Shown: positions 11,556 to 24,890 of the stretch, in pieces
Position numbering within the stretch: the stretch's first letter is position 1
Layout: each line of letters opens with the position of its first letter
Notes under the pieces: generated by a model
Database searches by the model: none
The model's input: the letters and a program-made list of their open reading frames with translations, nothing else
What the model was told of the DNA's origin: nothing
Virus record (IMG/VR): IMGVR_UViG_3300035661_000023
Location: 1 to 64,000 of that record
Source of the DNA: a virus
Direction: 5' to 3' (one strand)
Length of the DNA: 64,000 bases
Translations under genes and position numbers: made by a program

Positions 11556-13892
11556 TTATAGAGAGATATTCTAGAAATTCAGGAATGTTTTGATAATGAT
11601 ACCTTGATTCTCTGAGAATGTAAAGGGTTGTTCGTATGAGTAAAATACTAGATCCCCAGAGTTCCTATTGATAGTAGGTGTATCCGCAATCTCTGTTACA
11701 GTACATCTAATAAGAGTGTTCATCTCTAGAAACAATTCTCCGGATGGTGGAATATTTCTATCACCAATTGGCACTAGAACCAATTCCGAATTTGTGTTAT
11801 TCACAGACAGCACTCTGAACTTCTGTATGCCATATTGTGTGTCAGTCATCACCAATGTATTTTCATAGAAACCTTCTAATGAAGCTTCATTAGTAGAGAT
11901 ACCAACGGTATAAGTCTAGAGAGTTTCATCAGCCTTGATTGGCTTGGTGTATACATCCTTCGGTCCACGCAAAAGACCATACAATCTATAATCTTGATTA
12001 ATGTAGTTTAGAGCGCTGCTCATGCGGAATGAAGCATAGATACTAACACCCTGAGCACCAAGTTCTTTTGGAGCATTAGCACCATGTCCACCAATAGGAG
12101 GAACTATAGCGTATCCAGATGCTTCTGTCAGTGATGTATTAGAATTCTCGCGCTGACTGTCGTAAAAAGAAAGATTGGCGTAAGTGTAACCAAATCCCGG
12201 ATCTGTAAATCTTACATCAACAATCTCACCATCATAAACAATCGCTTCTGCTTTTGCACCGATACCGTCGCCAAGAACTGTAACAGTCACGAACTTGCTA
12301 TCTGTGTATCCAGTGCCCCTAGTGATAGCACCGGTGACGATATCAGACATTTTAGCGGCATACAGACCACCTGGAACTGCAAGTTGTTCAATATACTATT
12401 GATCAGATGTGAAATCTGATTGGTTAATAACAGCTTGTAATGATGCAGGAGAAACACCTGCTGCACTGGTGCTAGCACTCAGAGAGATAGATGTATACCC
12501 TTCACCTGCATTCTGTGTTACAACTTCGATAATTCTACCATTTGAGACGATAGGAACAAATTCTGCTCCATTTCCATCACCTGCAACAACGATAGCAGTA
12601 TCTGCATTAGATGGATATCCCATGCCAGGATCTTCTGAGAAAACATTTACTACTTTGTTCTTAGATATGATGCACTTCACTATTGCGGTTGGGTTTTGTG
12701 TGCCAATCGCATTAAAGAATTTTCCTGTGGGGTAGACACCAACCGCATTATTCTAAACAACAAGTTCAGGAGCAGAAATGTAACCAATACCTGGGTCAAT
12801 AATCTTCACTTTGATGATCTCACCCTGTACATATTCCTTACCATCTGCAGCTGTACCAGCCTCTTTAGCTACTGCAACACCGAATGTAGCTCCACCAACG
12901 GACACTGTTACGTTGTCAGAAGTTTCATAACCATATCCTGGGTTAACAATGGTGACACCTGTAATCACACCAGAAGTAATAACTGGTTCTATTACTGCAC
13001 CAACTCCGAACACAGAACTAACTGTGATTCTTGCACCAGCTGTGTAACCTGTGCCACCTGTGATAGTAAGAGCAGCAATCGCACCAATTGGAGAAACAGA
13101 ACTAATTGTGAGTACTGCGCCTCCCCCAGTTACATGACCTGCATCTATAACGGATATCGTCGTCGCTTCATAGTTATCATACCCAGAACCACTATCCAAT
13201 ACGATGACATTTTCAATCTAGCCACGGTTATAGAAACTATCTGAAATAGCCTTCTGCACAGGAACAAAAGATGAGTTACCAAATTGACGCAGTTTGTACT
13301 TTGGAATCTCATACATGTACTTCCACATGTACCCATCACCCAAAATAGCATTAGGAGAACCTTCAGCGGTCGGATAACCTGTTTCAGAGTTGTACCATTC
13401 TGTCTCTAGGAATCGTACTGGAGTAACACCAGTAAAGGTTGGCTTGATCTTTGAACTTAGACCAGCTGGACCAAAATGAAGACTTGGGTTGTTCAAGAAA
13501 CGATTTTCGTTGTTATCCAGGCACTTGTACACTCTATAGATCTGGTCAGCACCCTGGGTGATCACATAGAAACTATTCCTATAGTTATCTGTCACTAGAG
13601 GAGAAATACAATTCCTTGTGTGATCCCATCTAGAATAAACGGTATTTGCCTGCCATTCTACACGTGGGATTACTTTTGATACTGCATTAGAAGAAATCTT
13701 CTTATAGTAAACAGAGTCATTTCTGATGTCAGATTCATCTTTAGCAGAACCGATTACAGATGGAAGAGTCCCTCCGTATTCATAGCCGGATGTTTTACCT
13801 AGGAAATGATACCAGATAGATCTTTTGAGTTGGATATCACTGACGATAATATCAGCAACATCCCCAGCGAAATCAGTCTTTAAAACGGACAT
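11556..13892 (-). CDS. gp8: Baseplate wedge subunit, gp8-like (extended)
   Basis: VIPRVEW...YRVYKCLDNN...DGYMWKYMY...PPIGGHG.NAPKELG...SGDLVFY. Five track ORFs in frame via TAG. Confidence 0.8.
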
Positions 13893-13910
13893 AAGACTCT
13901 CAGTTCAAAA

Positions 13911-14393
13911 TCAGTTAACGGTGATAGACCATGTGACAGTAAGAGAATCACCTGCTTCTTTGTTCACCACATTGAAAGTAGTTCTTGCCAGCATGTTGCC
14001 ACCTGAAGCTGCATCCATAATACCGGCTTCCTTAAGTGCACCAGTGCCAGCTCCCGGACCGAATAATGCAGTGTAAGTAACTGTAGGCCCAGTGCCTGTG
14101 TTTGCACCTGAGGAAAGAGTAAGTGCAACTCGACCGACTTCAGCACCGAGCCCCACATCGCCAGTAACTGCAGCTGTCTGCGTAGTACCAACTGCCATGT
14201 GCGACATAGGAGAAGTATATACTACACCTGATGCTGCTTGCCTCATGAGTCTGGCGATATAATCTTTACCAGATCCAACAACTAGGTTCTTCACCTCTCT
14301 GCTGTCTTTAACAGTGCCATCGGCTGCTGTTAGCTTAATCGTAAGTTGACCAGTAACTCCTGAATCACTTACTAATACTCTGTCATTGATCAT
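13911..14393 (-). CDS. Baseplate/tail-associated structural protein
   Basis: Intact track ORF with KNLVV..G...MAVGT...EAGI...MLARTTFNVVNK...DSLTVTWSIT. Confidence 0.7.
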   Translation of the reverse strand: MINDRVLVSDSGVTGQLTIKLTAADGTVKDSREVKNLVVGSGKDYIARLMRQAASGVVYTSPMSHMAVGTTQTAAVTGDVGLGAEVGRVALTLSSGANTGTGPTVTYTALFGPGAGTGALKEAGIMDAASGGNMLARTTFNVVNKEAGDSLTVTWSITVN

Positions 14394-16141
14394 TCTACGA
14401 TCTCCAATTGTATTGAGAAGAAACCACCTTCGGTGGACGGGTCGGTTACGTCAAAGAAGGAAGTTACGGAAATGTGCGCCACGGGGTAATTATAATCATT
14501 ATTTATGCCGTACCACGTGTCAGCTGACCCAGAAACATCCCCATAAGAATAATCGGGTTCCCAGCCTCCAAATGAAATATAGTCTGCTACTACATTCTTC
14601 TAGATATTCTTAGCAAGAGTTTCTGAAGGAGATATGTAATCTTCGAGTACCTTTTCAACATGCTTGATATTAAAGTCAAATGTTGATGTACCATCAAACA
14701 GAACTACATAATCTGAAGATATACTTCTCTAACCTGTAACAGCGTAATCCAATCCGTTCATTCTTCTCTATTGAATGAACGACTTAGTTCCGGCAGGGTG
14801 ATTAAATTTAATTATCTACTCTGCTTCTTTAAACTATTTCTATGTTTCAATAGTATAAGAATATGTCTGATAATAGAAACTATCTTGAATGATGGACTGA
14901 GCATCAGAAATTAATCCCGTCCAGTCATCGAATCTACCATTACTCTTTACGATATAATCAAATTTCTAGATCAATACTGTTCTGGATTCTTTCCATTGAT
15001 CTATTGTGTAAGAACTAAAATCCGTAAACAGAGTCGGTTTAGCCTGACTTACAGTCTGAATAAATGCCAAAGAACCATAATATGGTCCTACTTCCGGCAT
15101 CTGTTGCTTGTAGTAATCTCCAGACAGCATATACGTCTGAATCCAGGATCCACCATCAATAACCTCTGTCATACCTTCTATATCATCTAGAATATCAATT
15201 CTGTGATGTTCTGTGATAGCACCAGTAGTGAAATTGACTGAATCAATCTCCGATGTTATATTAATATTTCCGGTCGGAGGCTTCTAGAATGGATAAATTG
15301 TATACCATGAATTTTCTAATAATTCATAGCCATATTCTTTTATTTCTACAGTTTTGATCTACCCAGTACCAGTTGAACTGTACACCCTAGCAATTGTTGA
15401 TTTCTTCTATCCGGGAATCTAGAAAACCTGCCCTTTTTGCCAATACTTTCCGCCGGTATGGATATCAAAATGACTGAATGTCTTTTTAATAATACCTTCG
15501 TAGACCTTAATCCCATTTCGTTTAATCTGAAATTTTTGAAGATTACTCTCTGATGTTGTGTCAATATAGAACTGTTGTTTAGAATCAAAGAAGATCAATG
15601 AATCAGAATTGGAAACAACTTCTACTTTCTTGACATTTATAGAGAAAATACCCTTTGCATTGGCCCATGATAACTTATCGTATGGCTCAATCACGAACGC
15701 ATCTGATATTTTGTAAAGTGTCTATAGACGAATATGGTATTCCTGAGTCCATGTAGACTCAGAGGCACGAAGCATATTATACTTCGGATATGCTACTTCA
15801 ATTTCTTCACCGAATGCAATTCTGAATAAGAACTTAAGACATTTCTCAGTACCTTTATGAGAATATACTTCTGCTGCATTTCTTAGAAAATTGATAGTTG
15901 TTATATTTGAAAATGTTGGTACATCTATTGCAAATTGATTTCTGTAATGCTCAATGAAAACATCCAGATACTTTTCATCCAATGAGGAAGCAAGATCCAA
16001 ATCAGTAGCATAATTCAACTTACCATTGAACGTATCTTCTTCAATGAATCTATAGTATTCCTCTACGAATTGAATTAGATTCGGGAATTCTTCTCTAAAG
16101 AACTCCGGAAATCTATTGCTTGTTATTAGATCTGTTTTCAT
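14390..16141 (-). CDS. gp7: Baseplate wedge subunit, gp7-like
   Basis: PEFFREEFPNLIQFVEEYY...YSHKGTEKCLKFLFRIAFGEEIEV.YP and C-terminal QDSFYYQTYSY...HPAG. Continuous through TAGs and ends TGA overlapping the next ATG. Confidence 0.75.
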
Positions 16142-17928
16142 TTAATAGATGAGAATGTCTTCGACTACACTTTATCATAATCAACATAAGTAAGAACTTC
16201 ACAATCTTGATAATCTATTTTTATAATAGTGTCTCTCAATGGGATAACATCATAAGATGACACAAATATATCAAACCAGAAACCATCATCATATAAACTA
16301 GAAATTGTGATAGCATCAGTCTTGATAATGCCTTCTTTGAAATCAACTGTGCCGATCTATTGAATGAATTGATCTACACCTGAGGGTAGTACTTCATATA
16401 AATCCAATTTTCCAGCAAGTGAATTCATTAAGAAGAAAGAATTAGAAGATCCAGGAAGATAGAACCTGCTAGATTTAACCTATCCTGTTTTGATATCAAT
16501 GGGGTTATTTAATTTCACAGAATATGTTTCAGATGTGCCAACAATAATAGTAAGATACTGTTTGACATAAACCTTTGTCAAATTGCTAACAATACTATAA
16601 TCTGTAGAGTCAATGAGTTTAGTAAGAGTAGAATATCTGAAACTCTTTTTCAATGAATTCAAAGAATTAACATAATTCAAAACCCCATTCTTGATTAGAA
16701 CAGAAATATCATCAGCTGTTTTAGTTGTTTTATCAGGATTAAAATATACACCTGTTTTGATTACTAGATTAGTATATGTTGGATCTACAATAATAGGCTG
16801 AATAGAAAGCATTGATCTATTCGCCTTCAAGAACTCAACTATTTCAAATTTCTCATCTACAGAACATGCATTTCTATCAAATGGTTTTGCACAGATATAA
16901 ACTGACCCATATCTTGGTGGATAATGATCTTCACCTCCCCAGACGGAGACAGATTCAACAAATGGAAACTGTTGTAATATCTGTGAGATATAATCTTTAT
17001 CGGTTACAGCTCTATTCTGCGCAACATAATTGCGAGGTGCATTATACTTTACGGACTCAATTGATTCTGCATTTGCACCACCTGAAGATAATTCCAAAGT
17101 AGTCACTTGATAAAGTGCATCACCCCTGTATCCACCGGCATAATAGAACTGCCCACAATTATTTGCTGATTGTCCGGAAGAAGCATAATAATCCAAGTAA
17201 ACAACATTGCCAGTATCAATTGCTTTACCTAATACATCATTACCAAAATAAACTTCATAGAAAAGATCTTCTCTTTGTTTAACAAAATAAACAGTATCTT
17301 GACTGGAGACCTATAGAAGATCCAATGATCTATTAAATGTCTGGGATGATATATTGCTAACAGATTCTTGAACTCGCACTGTCAACGAAGTCATGTCGGC
17401 ATTCTTATTTGGGATGACAAATGTAGTACCGATTGAATTGACATAACTGGTCTGTATGTATGATCCTTCTATTACATCTACCTCAAATACGAATCTTCCA
17501 TTCAACAGTTCTGCAGTCTTAGCATAATAAGTCTGGAAAACATATTCATTGGTACCAATTACTCCACGAAACATCGTTCCCTTTGGTAGGGTTAATTGTG
17601 TCGATGTAAGATTTTGTACTTCCTACATCTCTACTCTGACTTTTGCTCTGGCAGATGTGACAGATTTGGCTGTATATCCAATTGATTTAGCCAGAGACAC
17701 AACACTCGAATACTTACTGGCAGAATCAATGAATGACTCGTTCAGAGCCATATTTGTATACAATGAATGATAATGTAGGTTATAAGCAAGAACATCAATT
17801 AATGTACTTAGAGCAGAACCCTCAAAGTTATAATCACTGAATGTAGCTTGACCTTGAAGGAATGTCTTAATATTTGCTTTAATTCCATCAAAATCCAACT
17901 AGTCTACTTTGATAAGATTATTACTCAT
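16138..17928 (-). CDS. gp6: Baseplate wedge subunit gp6
   Basis: LDFDGIKANIKTFL...FSDYNFEGSALSTLIDVLAYN...ESIESVKYNAPRNYVAQNRAVT..DY...VWGGE. ATGA overlaps at both ends once TAG is read through. Confidence 0.9.
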
Positions 17929-18311
17929 CTTGTTCTTTCTAATACTACATTGACACTTATAGGCTGTTCAGTGTTGATGATTTTGTAAATGATTGTGATA
18001 TAGATAGCATTATTGTCCGGGCTATCGTTGATGCTAGTGTTAATCAACGCAGCCCTTGGTTCATAATTTTGAATGACATCTGCTATCATCTTTTTCAACA
18101 TGATATTTAATTGATCGCCATGCAATTCAAATAGCAACTTCTTTACAGGAGTCCCTATGCTTGAATTAAATGGTCGCTCACCATTTAATGTCAGAATCAA
18201 ATTCTTGATAGCAAATGAAATTGCTCTAGCATCAGTCTTTACTGCAATATCCCCTGTAATAGGGTTACTGATAAAAGCAGCGTCAAAATCTGTGAACGTT
18301 CTTGTTGCCAT
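17925..18311 (-). CDS. gp25: Baseplate wedge protein gp25
   Basis: AIKNLILTLNGERPFNSSIG...IQNYEPR. Confidence 0.9.
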   Translation of the reverse strand: MATRTFTDFDAAFISNPITGDIAVKTDARAISFAIKNLILTLNGERPFNSSIGTPVKKLLFELHGDQLNIMLKKMIADVIQNYEPRAALINTSINDSPDNNAIYITIIYKIINTEQPISVNVVLERTR

Positions 18312-18312
18312 A

Positions 18313-20751
18313 TTATGCCTTTAACACAAATTTTCCACTGCCGATTGTCTTATTAATTGCCGCATCAATTGTAAGATTTTGACAACGATAGTCACCTTCT
18401 TTGAACTAGACATGAATCCACGTACTAGAACCTTTGTATTCTAGAATCAATTGTCTATATGCGGGCAGTATCTTTTGGATCTCAATAATAGCCTGATAAT
18501 GTTGTTCTCTGGAGAATCCTGATAGTTGAATATCAGCAGCACATCCTGTCAAGTGATCTGATGTTTTCTAGCCACCTATTTTACTATTTACGGTTTCTGA
18601 TCTCCATGTGTTTGTGATTCTCATGTTTGGAAATTTTGCCTTAATTGTGTCCAGACAGTTCACAGTCAATTTCTTGAGATTGCACACAATCTCAGAAGCA
18701 GTCTTTCCGTAGTTTTTTCCTCTGGGGTATCCAGAACTTCCAGTCAGAACATCACCAAGTTTAAACAGCGATGACAATTGATATTGCGGGACTATGTCAG
18801 CATCAGTCAGATTCTCACAATCTGTTGTTAATGGCATCGGTGTTTTTTCTCCTGGCACAGTTTCTTCCTTTGCATCACCTGTAGCCTCTTGAGTTTCATC
18901 CTCGTCGAATTCTTTAGCATTTCTAATCTGGAATTCTACCGGGGATCCTTCATCTGGTGTTTCATAGTTTGCATTGAACATCGCCTTTCTGGTAGGAGTC
19001 GTAAGCAAAGGTAAATCGATTTTGCCGCCAGGTTCTTCTGTTGGTAGTTCCATGCCTCGTACTTTTCTATCAGAGTTCAAGTGAATGTTCTATCCTTCCA
19101 GGGATGTTTCACCATCAGATTCTTCCATAAAAGAAGCATTAGTCTTGATGCTAATATCTTCTTTAGCATGTAGTGCGAATTTTTTACCTACTGCAAGAGT
19201 GTAATTCCCTGTGACCTCGGTTTTCATATCACCAAGTACTTGTAATCTAGCATCATTTTCTACTCTGATATTGGCATCACCTACTATAGTAAGATTACAA
19301 TTACCCTTGATGAAAATATTTCCATCTCTATCCAGAATCTCATATGAATCCCCAACGATTCTGATCATCTTCGTGCCATTGACATCAATTTCTTCATAGG
19401 TGCCGGACTTATGCCACCTATGTAGTCTCTCATTTCCTTTAGAATCATCGAATTCTTCTATGTGACCTCGCTCGGTCATCTTCACATGATTGTAAGGCCA
19501 AGTTGGATTGTAAGGTACCGGGGGTTGTTTCCACGTATTACCTGATGCCGTCTTTACCTACTTGATTCTAGAAGCATCTTTTCTTGCAACGATCGTCTCG
19601 TTTATGTTCTCAGCTCTGGCAAGTCTATTAGAATCAGGTTCGTTCTTGTCTCTAGGGTAAACACCATTCGGATCTTTGAAACCTTCTCCCGTGCTAGACT
19701 GCTGAGTGAATGTAGGAGGTTTGACCCATTTTCCAGTTTCTTTTTGTGTTTTTTCTTCTGTCAGAACTTGATCTGGCGTCTTGTCGATTTTACCCTCAGA
19801 GTTATGAAATCCATCTCTTTCGAACCAATCTCTTTCTTTTGCTCTGCGGTTACCCACATTCTTTGCATAAGTCATCGGGATCAATGCTGCAGCTTCATCA
19901 TATCTTCCAGAATTCAAAGAAGAGAAGAACTGAGACTTGATTAGCCGAGGATAGCCGATGTTATATGCCATCGATACTACTGCCTCAAACATACCTTGAG
20001 TCACAGGTGCTGACAAGTTTCTCTTGATAACAGCAACAAATTCCTTGTTCAGCTTATTCTTGAAAAGATCAATACACTGCGCCTTTGTCAGCACTGTGCC
20101 AGGTCCTACTCTGGAATTGTCCAGAAGATAAGTAGATCCAAACCCGATAGCCCATGCGTTGTGTGTGTCTTGGTACTAGTAAATTCTAGTATCATCTGGT
20201 ATTGATTTCCAATTCTTTCTGTAGTCATTTCTACCGGCAGTCAGGGATGACAATGCTTCTTCATCCATAATAAACATTTCACCGGCATCTGTCATCTATA
20301 GTTCTTGTGGATACTTCAGTGTGTCTGGAGTTGTGTCACCAGAAATGACTGGGTTACCATAGCCATCAGTGACAGTATTCCCCTGAGAATCTGTTACTAC
20401 CGACCCGGTACTATCTCTTGGTACAACTGGCTGATCAGAAACTTCTTGATTTGTGTTGTCAGGAGATTCAAATGGAACACCTGCAATCTAACCTAAGATA
20501 ATAGGGTGCTGCCGATGCTCATCTGCGAATGCAATAGCTACCCATGAACCTTCTACTAGCCCCAGCGGTGTCTGCCCAACACCGCTCACACCTGCAGATG
20601 TGATATCTTGAATAGGTATTGCCCATGGCAAATCGGTGGTAGGCAGTTCTGCCTTATTCTCAGAATGAACACCAAAAACTCTTACTCTGCATCTGCCAAT
20701 CTTAAACTTATCATTTGTGCTTCTTTGTTCTACTACACCAAAATAAATCAT
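18313..20751 (-). CDS. gp5: Baseplate hub/tail spike gp5 with a lysozyme domain and a C-terminal M15 peptidase
   Basis: OB fold (GRCRVRVFGVH..LPTTDLPWA), GH24-like lysozyme, beta-helix (GHIEEFDDSKGNERLHRWHKSGT) and M15 motifs GG*KTSDHLTGCAADI...WIHVSF. One 812-aa frame through TAGs. Confidence 0.85.
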
Positions 20752-22031
20752 GCTATACTACCTTCTCTTGATAATTCAATTGTACACAAATGTGCCTTTT
20801 TAGTGAATCTGTGATTGATTGCCGTTATAACATAGTAACCACTATAGACAACATCTAATAGATTTGATGGGTCATCCTGTGCAGTAATCTGTAGTTTAGC
20901 AGTTGAATCATAATAAATTACTTTGCCAACAGTGTAATCAGTTCTACCAAAAACATCAATCTCTATTTTCTATGAATTGATAATTCTCATATCCTACATT
21001 CTAGATTGAAAGAATTTAGAATTAGTACTATTGGCAGAATCGGTTACATCATAATGTTTTGTGGCAAATACTCTTAATGGATCAACCGAATCGACTATCT
21101 ATTTCGGGAACAATGCAGACTTATTGATTCTTGATTCAGATCTTGCCGAATTAGTTTTTGCCGAAACTGTTTTTTTCAGTAGATCATATGATGTAAGTCT
21201 AGTCGAAATGGCACCAGAATTATAAACATCTAGATAATCATACAGAGTGTCAACTCTGACCTACTGCACAACCTGAACATCTTTATTAGGGTTTCTATGT
21301 GCAGAACCCATTAAATCACCCTCAGTAACAATGTCTACACTGAAATCATTGTCTTTGAATACTTGAAAAGGTTTTTCCTTATCAATATCGAAAATAGTAC
21401 TTAATGTTTTAAAGTTAAATCCATCTCTATTTTCAAAGAATGAGAAAGATGCATCTCCAGACACAGACACAGCGTGCTGTGTACAATACTCAATACATTT
21501 CTATGGCTGCCAGAAATTGGAGATAAACTTCATCTGGTGAGAAGATTTATCTGTAAGGAATTCCTTACCAGAATCTGGATAATACTTCTTCAGAATCAGT
21601 GAAATTATCTCATCCTATGTGCCACGAAAAGCAGAACTAATTTGTCTTTTAAAATCAAATAGCATCTCGACTGAAGCAAAATAGAATACATATTGTTGCA
21701 TTCTATCTCCTACCATAGATCTATCTCCCATCTTATAAACCCAGAATAGACCTGATATGATGTTTCTTGGTTTATTCTTATCAATACCTTTTGTTCTAAT
21801 AGATAAATTGATGAGATCCTTACCCCCTCGGCCGAGGTAATTCGGGATATCAATTGTGTCTCTCATTACTACTTTTCCAGTAATAAAAGGAGAGTACATA
21901 TCTTCGTAGATATTAATTAGATCGATCTGTTCGGTGATGTCAATACCTTCACCTTCTGCTAGAAGTAGTTCGAAGAAATCTAATTCATATTCACCCGCGT
22001 TGGTAGAAAATTCAGTTGTTTCTGCCATCAC
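20748..22031 (-). CDS. Baseplate hub protein (gp27-like)
   Basis: INIYEDMYSPFITG...FSFFENRDGFNFKTL...GRTDYTVGK...YSGYYVITAINHRF. Lies between gp53 and gp5. Confidence 0.7.
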
Positions 22032-22603
22032 ACACCTGATAATAGTCTTTGAATATCCGACACAACTTTGTCAATCATAGCAGGATTTAATACTTTAATT
22101 CTTCTCTTAGATTCATTTAATCTATCTTCATATTCGAAGTTACTGATAGATTCAAATTCTCTACTATATTCAATGTATGAATCATCTGGATACAATGCAG
22201 CAAATTGTACCTCGGTCAATTTCTATACTGTATTCCCATCTCTATCTTCATAATGAAGATTACCAAAGATAATATGCTGATCATACACTTTATCTTCACC
22301 ATATTTCTACTCACAGTATTTTATCAGCTGAATGGATGTCAACGGAAAATCTTTTCTATAATCAAATCTCTGATTCAATAACATTATAGTCCAATGATAA
22401 ATCGGCTTTCCATATAACTTCTCAGAAATAATATCAAATGTCTCATTATCTTCAATATCATACTCATCAAATAGAGTAATATTCTCTAGAATCTCTTTTC
22501 TAACTCTGACATTCAGCGCGATATCTTTAATCGCTACTATAGTTATTTTTCCATTAAGTTCGAAGTTGTATCCTATTGTGGGAAAATTGATGAAATATGA
22601 CAT
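22028..22603 (-). CDS. gp53: Baseplate wedge protein gp53
   Basis: MSYFINFPTI...ISEKLYGKPIYHWTIMLLN...YCE*KYG...SNFEYEDRLNESKRRIKVL. Confidence 0.85.
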
Positions 22604-22605
22604 GA

Positions 22606-23595
22606 TCAGATTCCCTACTTGTCGAAAGGAGATGTCTCCTTAGTAGCTGTACCTAACTCTTTGAATTGCAATTGCAATCTTATTTGTGTGGGCATACCAT
22701 TAGCAAAAGTATTAAATTGCCCATTTGGTGTGTAATTAACTGTGCAGTTAGTCAAAACGGCGGTCATCTGCTTCTCTAAGTGAGTATTCTCTACATCACC
22801 TCTGAAGTATTTTATCTCGAATTCAGACGGGTAAATGTACAGATAGTTTTCCCTGTCAGCATATTCTGGTAGCATGTGGTAACGGAACATTCTAATGATA
22901 TCAAGTACTGCATTAGCTTCGGCTTCACTTCTTGGTGCAAAATCGTAATCGTATGAGAAAGTACGGAAATCTACACCCTTGAACAATTGCCCCATCTTAG
23001 AGCCACCACTGGTAGTCCTTGTAGCTTTCTGCACGTAATTTTGTCCATCGAGAATTTTTCTACCAATAGCAGATGCACCTAATGACACGATGTCACTGAT
23101 GCTAGCAGAATCTTTACCCAGTCCAACCGCGGTTGAAGCATCTTCAATAAAACTGCCATCCGTTAAATCTTCTTCAGACCAGCTAACAGAGTATGTGTTT
23201 GATAAAGAGTTTGGGACATATAGAGTAATTGCCGCCATCAGACGTTTCAATGGCGCAACTATAATATTAGAATCCTATGCACCAGATATATGTCTGATTG
23301 TTTCTTTTAATTTTTCACCCTATGCTTTATAGTACTCATTTGGTGGAAGATCCTGTGCATAACCTCTATAGTCAAACTAATTGTTATCACCTTGTACTAA
23401 TGTCTTACTCTTACCAGACACATTGATAAAGAATACTACTTTGTTACCACCAAACTCTGGGCTAGAATCTAATGTGATGGGATATTGCAGTGCAAATTTA
23501 TCCTGCTGCATACTCAGCGCATACAGTGCATCTCCTTTTGCATCAACATACCCTTCTGCTTTCGTGTATGATTCTCTTTTGTAAACTAATCCCAT
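22606..23595 (-). CDS. gp48: Baseplate tail-tube cap, gp48-like
   Basis: LQYP...ITLYVPNSL...FKGVDFRTFSYDYDFAPRSEAEA...YPSEFEI...VNYTPNG...LQFKEL. Confidence 0.8.
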
Positions 23596-23646
23596 TTTAT
23601 GGATCCTAAATATAGTAACAACTTATACTATTTAATAGCGCGTGAC

Positions 23647-23700
23647 ATGGCAAAATTTCATCAAGACAAGTATAGTCTTAAGAACCCGGATTCTTTTTAA
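23647..23700 (+). pseudogene. Truncated relic of a gp4-type N-terminus
   Basis: MAKFHQDKYSLKNPDSF* resembles typical gp4 starts (MAxxxQGKYxPKNPxKY) and sits just upstream of the intact gp4. Confidence 0.5.
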
Positions 23701-23750
23701 GAGATAATCTTCCCTCACCAGGGTGTGTTCCTTTCTTCACTGCCCTTGAT

Positions 23751-23785
23751 ATGAACTAATACATGGCTAAAGATTATGTATTTCC
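23751..23785. repeat. Dispersed palindromic element, copy 2
   Basis: atgaactAATACATgg ctaaagat tATGTATTtcc. Confidence 0.65.
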
Positions 23786-23860
23786 GAACTCATAGACCCA
23801 GCTAATAAATAATAGTATGTCACAAATTCTCCTATGAACTAATAGTACCTTATATTCACA

Positions 23861-24301
23861 ATGCCCAATTTTCCAAAACCAAAAAAATGGTTCCCAAAAA
23901 ATACACAGAAGTATATTGGAAATGTGAATAACATAATTTCAAGAAGTTCTTGGGAAACCAAATTTCTAAATTGGTGCGATACTACTCCGGGTGTAATAAA
24001 ATACAACTCTGAGGAATTAGTAGTTCCATATATGAGTCCGGTAGATGGATTGCAGCATAGGTACTTTGTAGATTTTATGATAATGGTAAAGACACGGCAA
24101 GGTGAAATCAAAAAATATGCCGTGGAAATCAAACCAGAAGCACAGACTGTTCCCCCTAAGCCCAATCGGAACAAAGTTCGTTACTTGAATGAATCTGCAA
24201 CATATGCCATCAATCAAGCTAAATGGGAAGCAGCATCCAGATTTTGCAATAAAATGGGTGTAGAATTTATTGTGTTAACAGAGAAACATTTAAAAGTCTA
24301 A
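23861..24301 (+). CDS. gp4: Head completion nuclease gp4
   Basis: KYIGNVNNIISRSSWETKFLNWCD...HRYFVDF...EIKP..QT...NQAKWEAA...LTEKHL. Confidence 0.9.
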   Translation: MPNFPKPKKWFPKNTQKYIGNVNNIISRSSWETKFLNWCDTTPGVIKYNSEELVVPYMSPVDGLQHRYFVDFMIMVKTRQGEIKKYAVEIKPEAQTVPPKPNRNKVRYLNESATYAINQAKWEAASRFCNKMGVEFIVLTEKHLKV

Positions 24302-24302
24302 T

Positions 24303-24890
24303 ATGACAGGACAGAACAGGAAAACGGTATTTGAGTTATCTAGAATCAATGCGGAGGAAGTTAAAAAGTCCTCCACTTGGTTTAATGAGCAAGTAAAAAG
24401 ACTATCGACGAAAAATATAACACCAAACCGAGTCATGAATGAAGGTGGTGTGCACCTGACTCGTAGATTAGTCCCAGGGAAGATGTACTTCTACTATTAT
24501 GACCCAAAGTTTAAAGAAACTCTGCCGTTCTATGACCAGTTCCCACTTGTGCTTCCATTTGCAAAAACTCCGGGTGGTTTCATCGGACTGAATATGCACT
24601 ATCTTGATTATAAGATGCGTATGACTTTGTTTCAGAATTTACTGGAAACAGCAGGTGCGAAACATCTGACAGAGACTGCAAAGATCAAATATTCATGGGC
24701 TACTATTGCTAATGCTTCCAGATTAGCTCCAGCACAGGCATGCGTGAAGAAATATCTAATGGATCATGTAATGTCACCATTCTGTGAAGTACCGCCAGAA
24801 TTCTGGCACACAGCAATGATGTTACCGGTACAAAGATTTGTTGGTGCGAGTAAAGAATCAGTTTGGAAAGAAAGTAGGAAATACAGATGA
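24303..24890 (+). CDS. gp2: DNA end protector gp2
   Basis: PGKMYFYYYDPKFKETLPFYDQFPLV...GLNMHYL...CVKKYL. Confidence 0.9.
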   Translation: MTGQNRKTVFELSRINAEEVKKSSTWFNEQVKRLSTKNITPNRVMNEGGVHLTRRLVPGKMYFYYYDPKFKETLPFYDQFPLVLPFAKTPGGFIGLNMHYLDYKMRMTLFQNLLETAGAKHLTETAKIKYSWATIANASRLAPAQACVKKYLMDHVMSPFCEVPPEFWHTAMMLPVQRFVGASKESVWKESRKYR

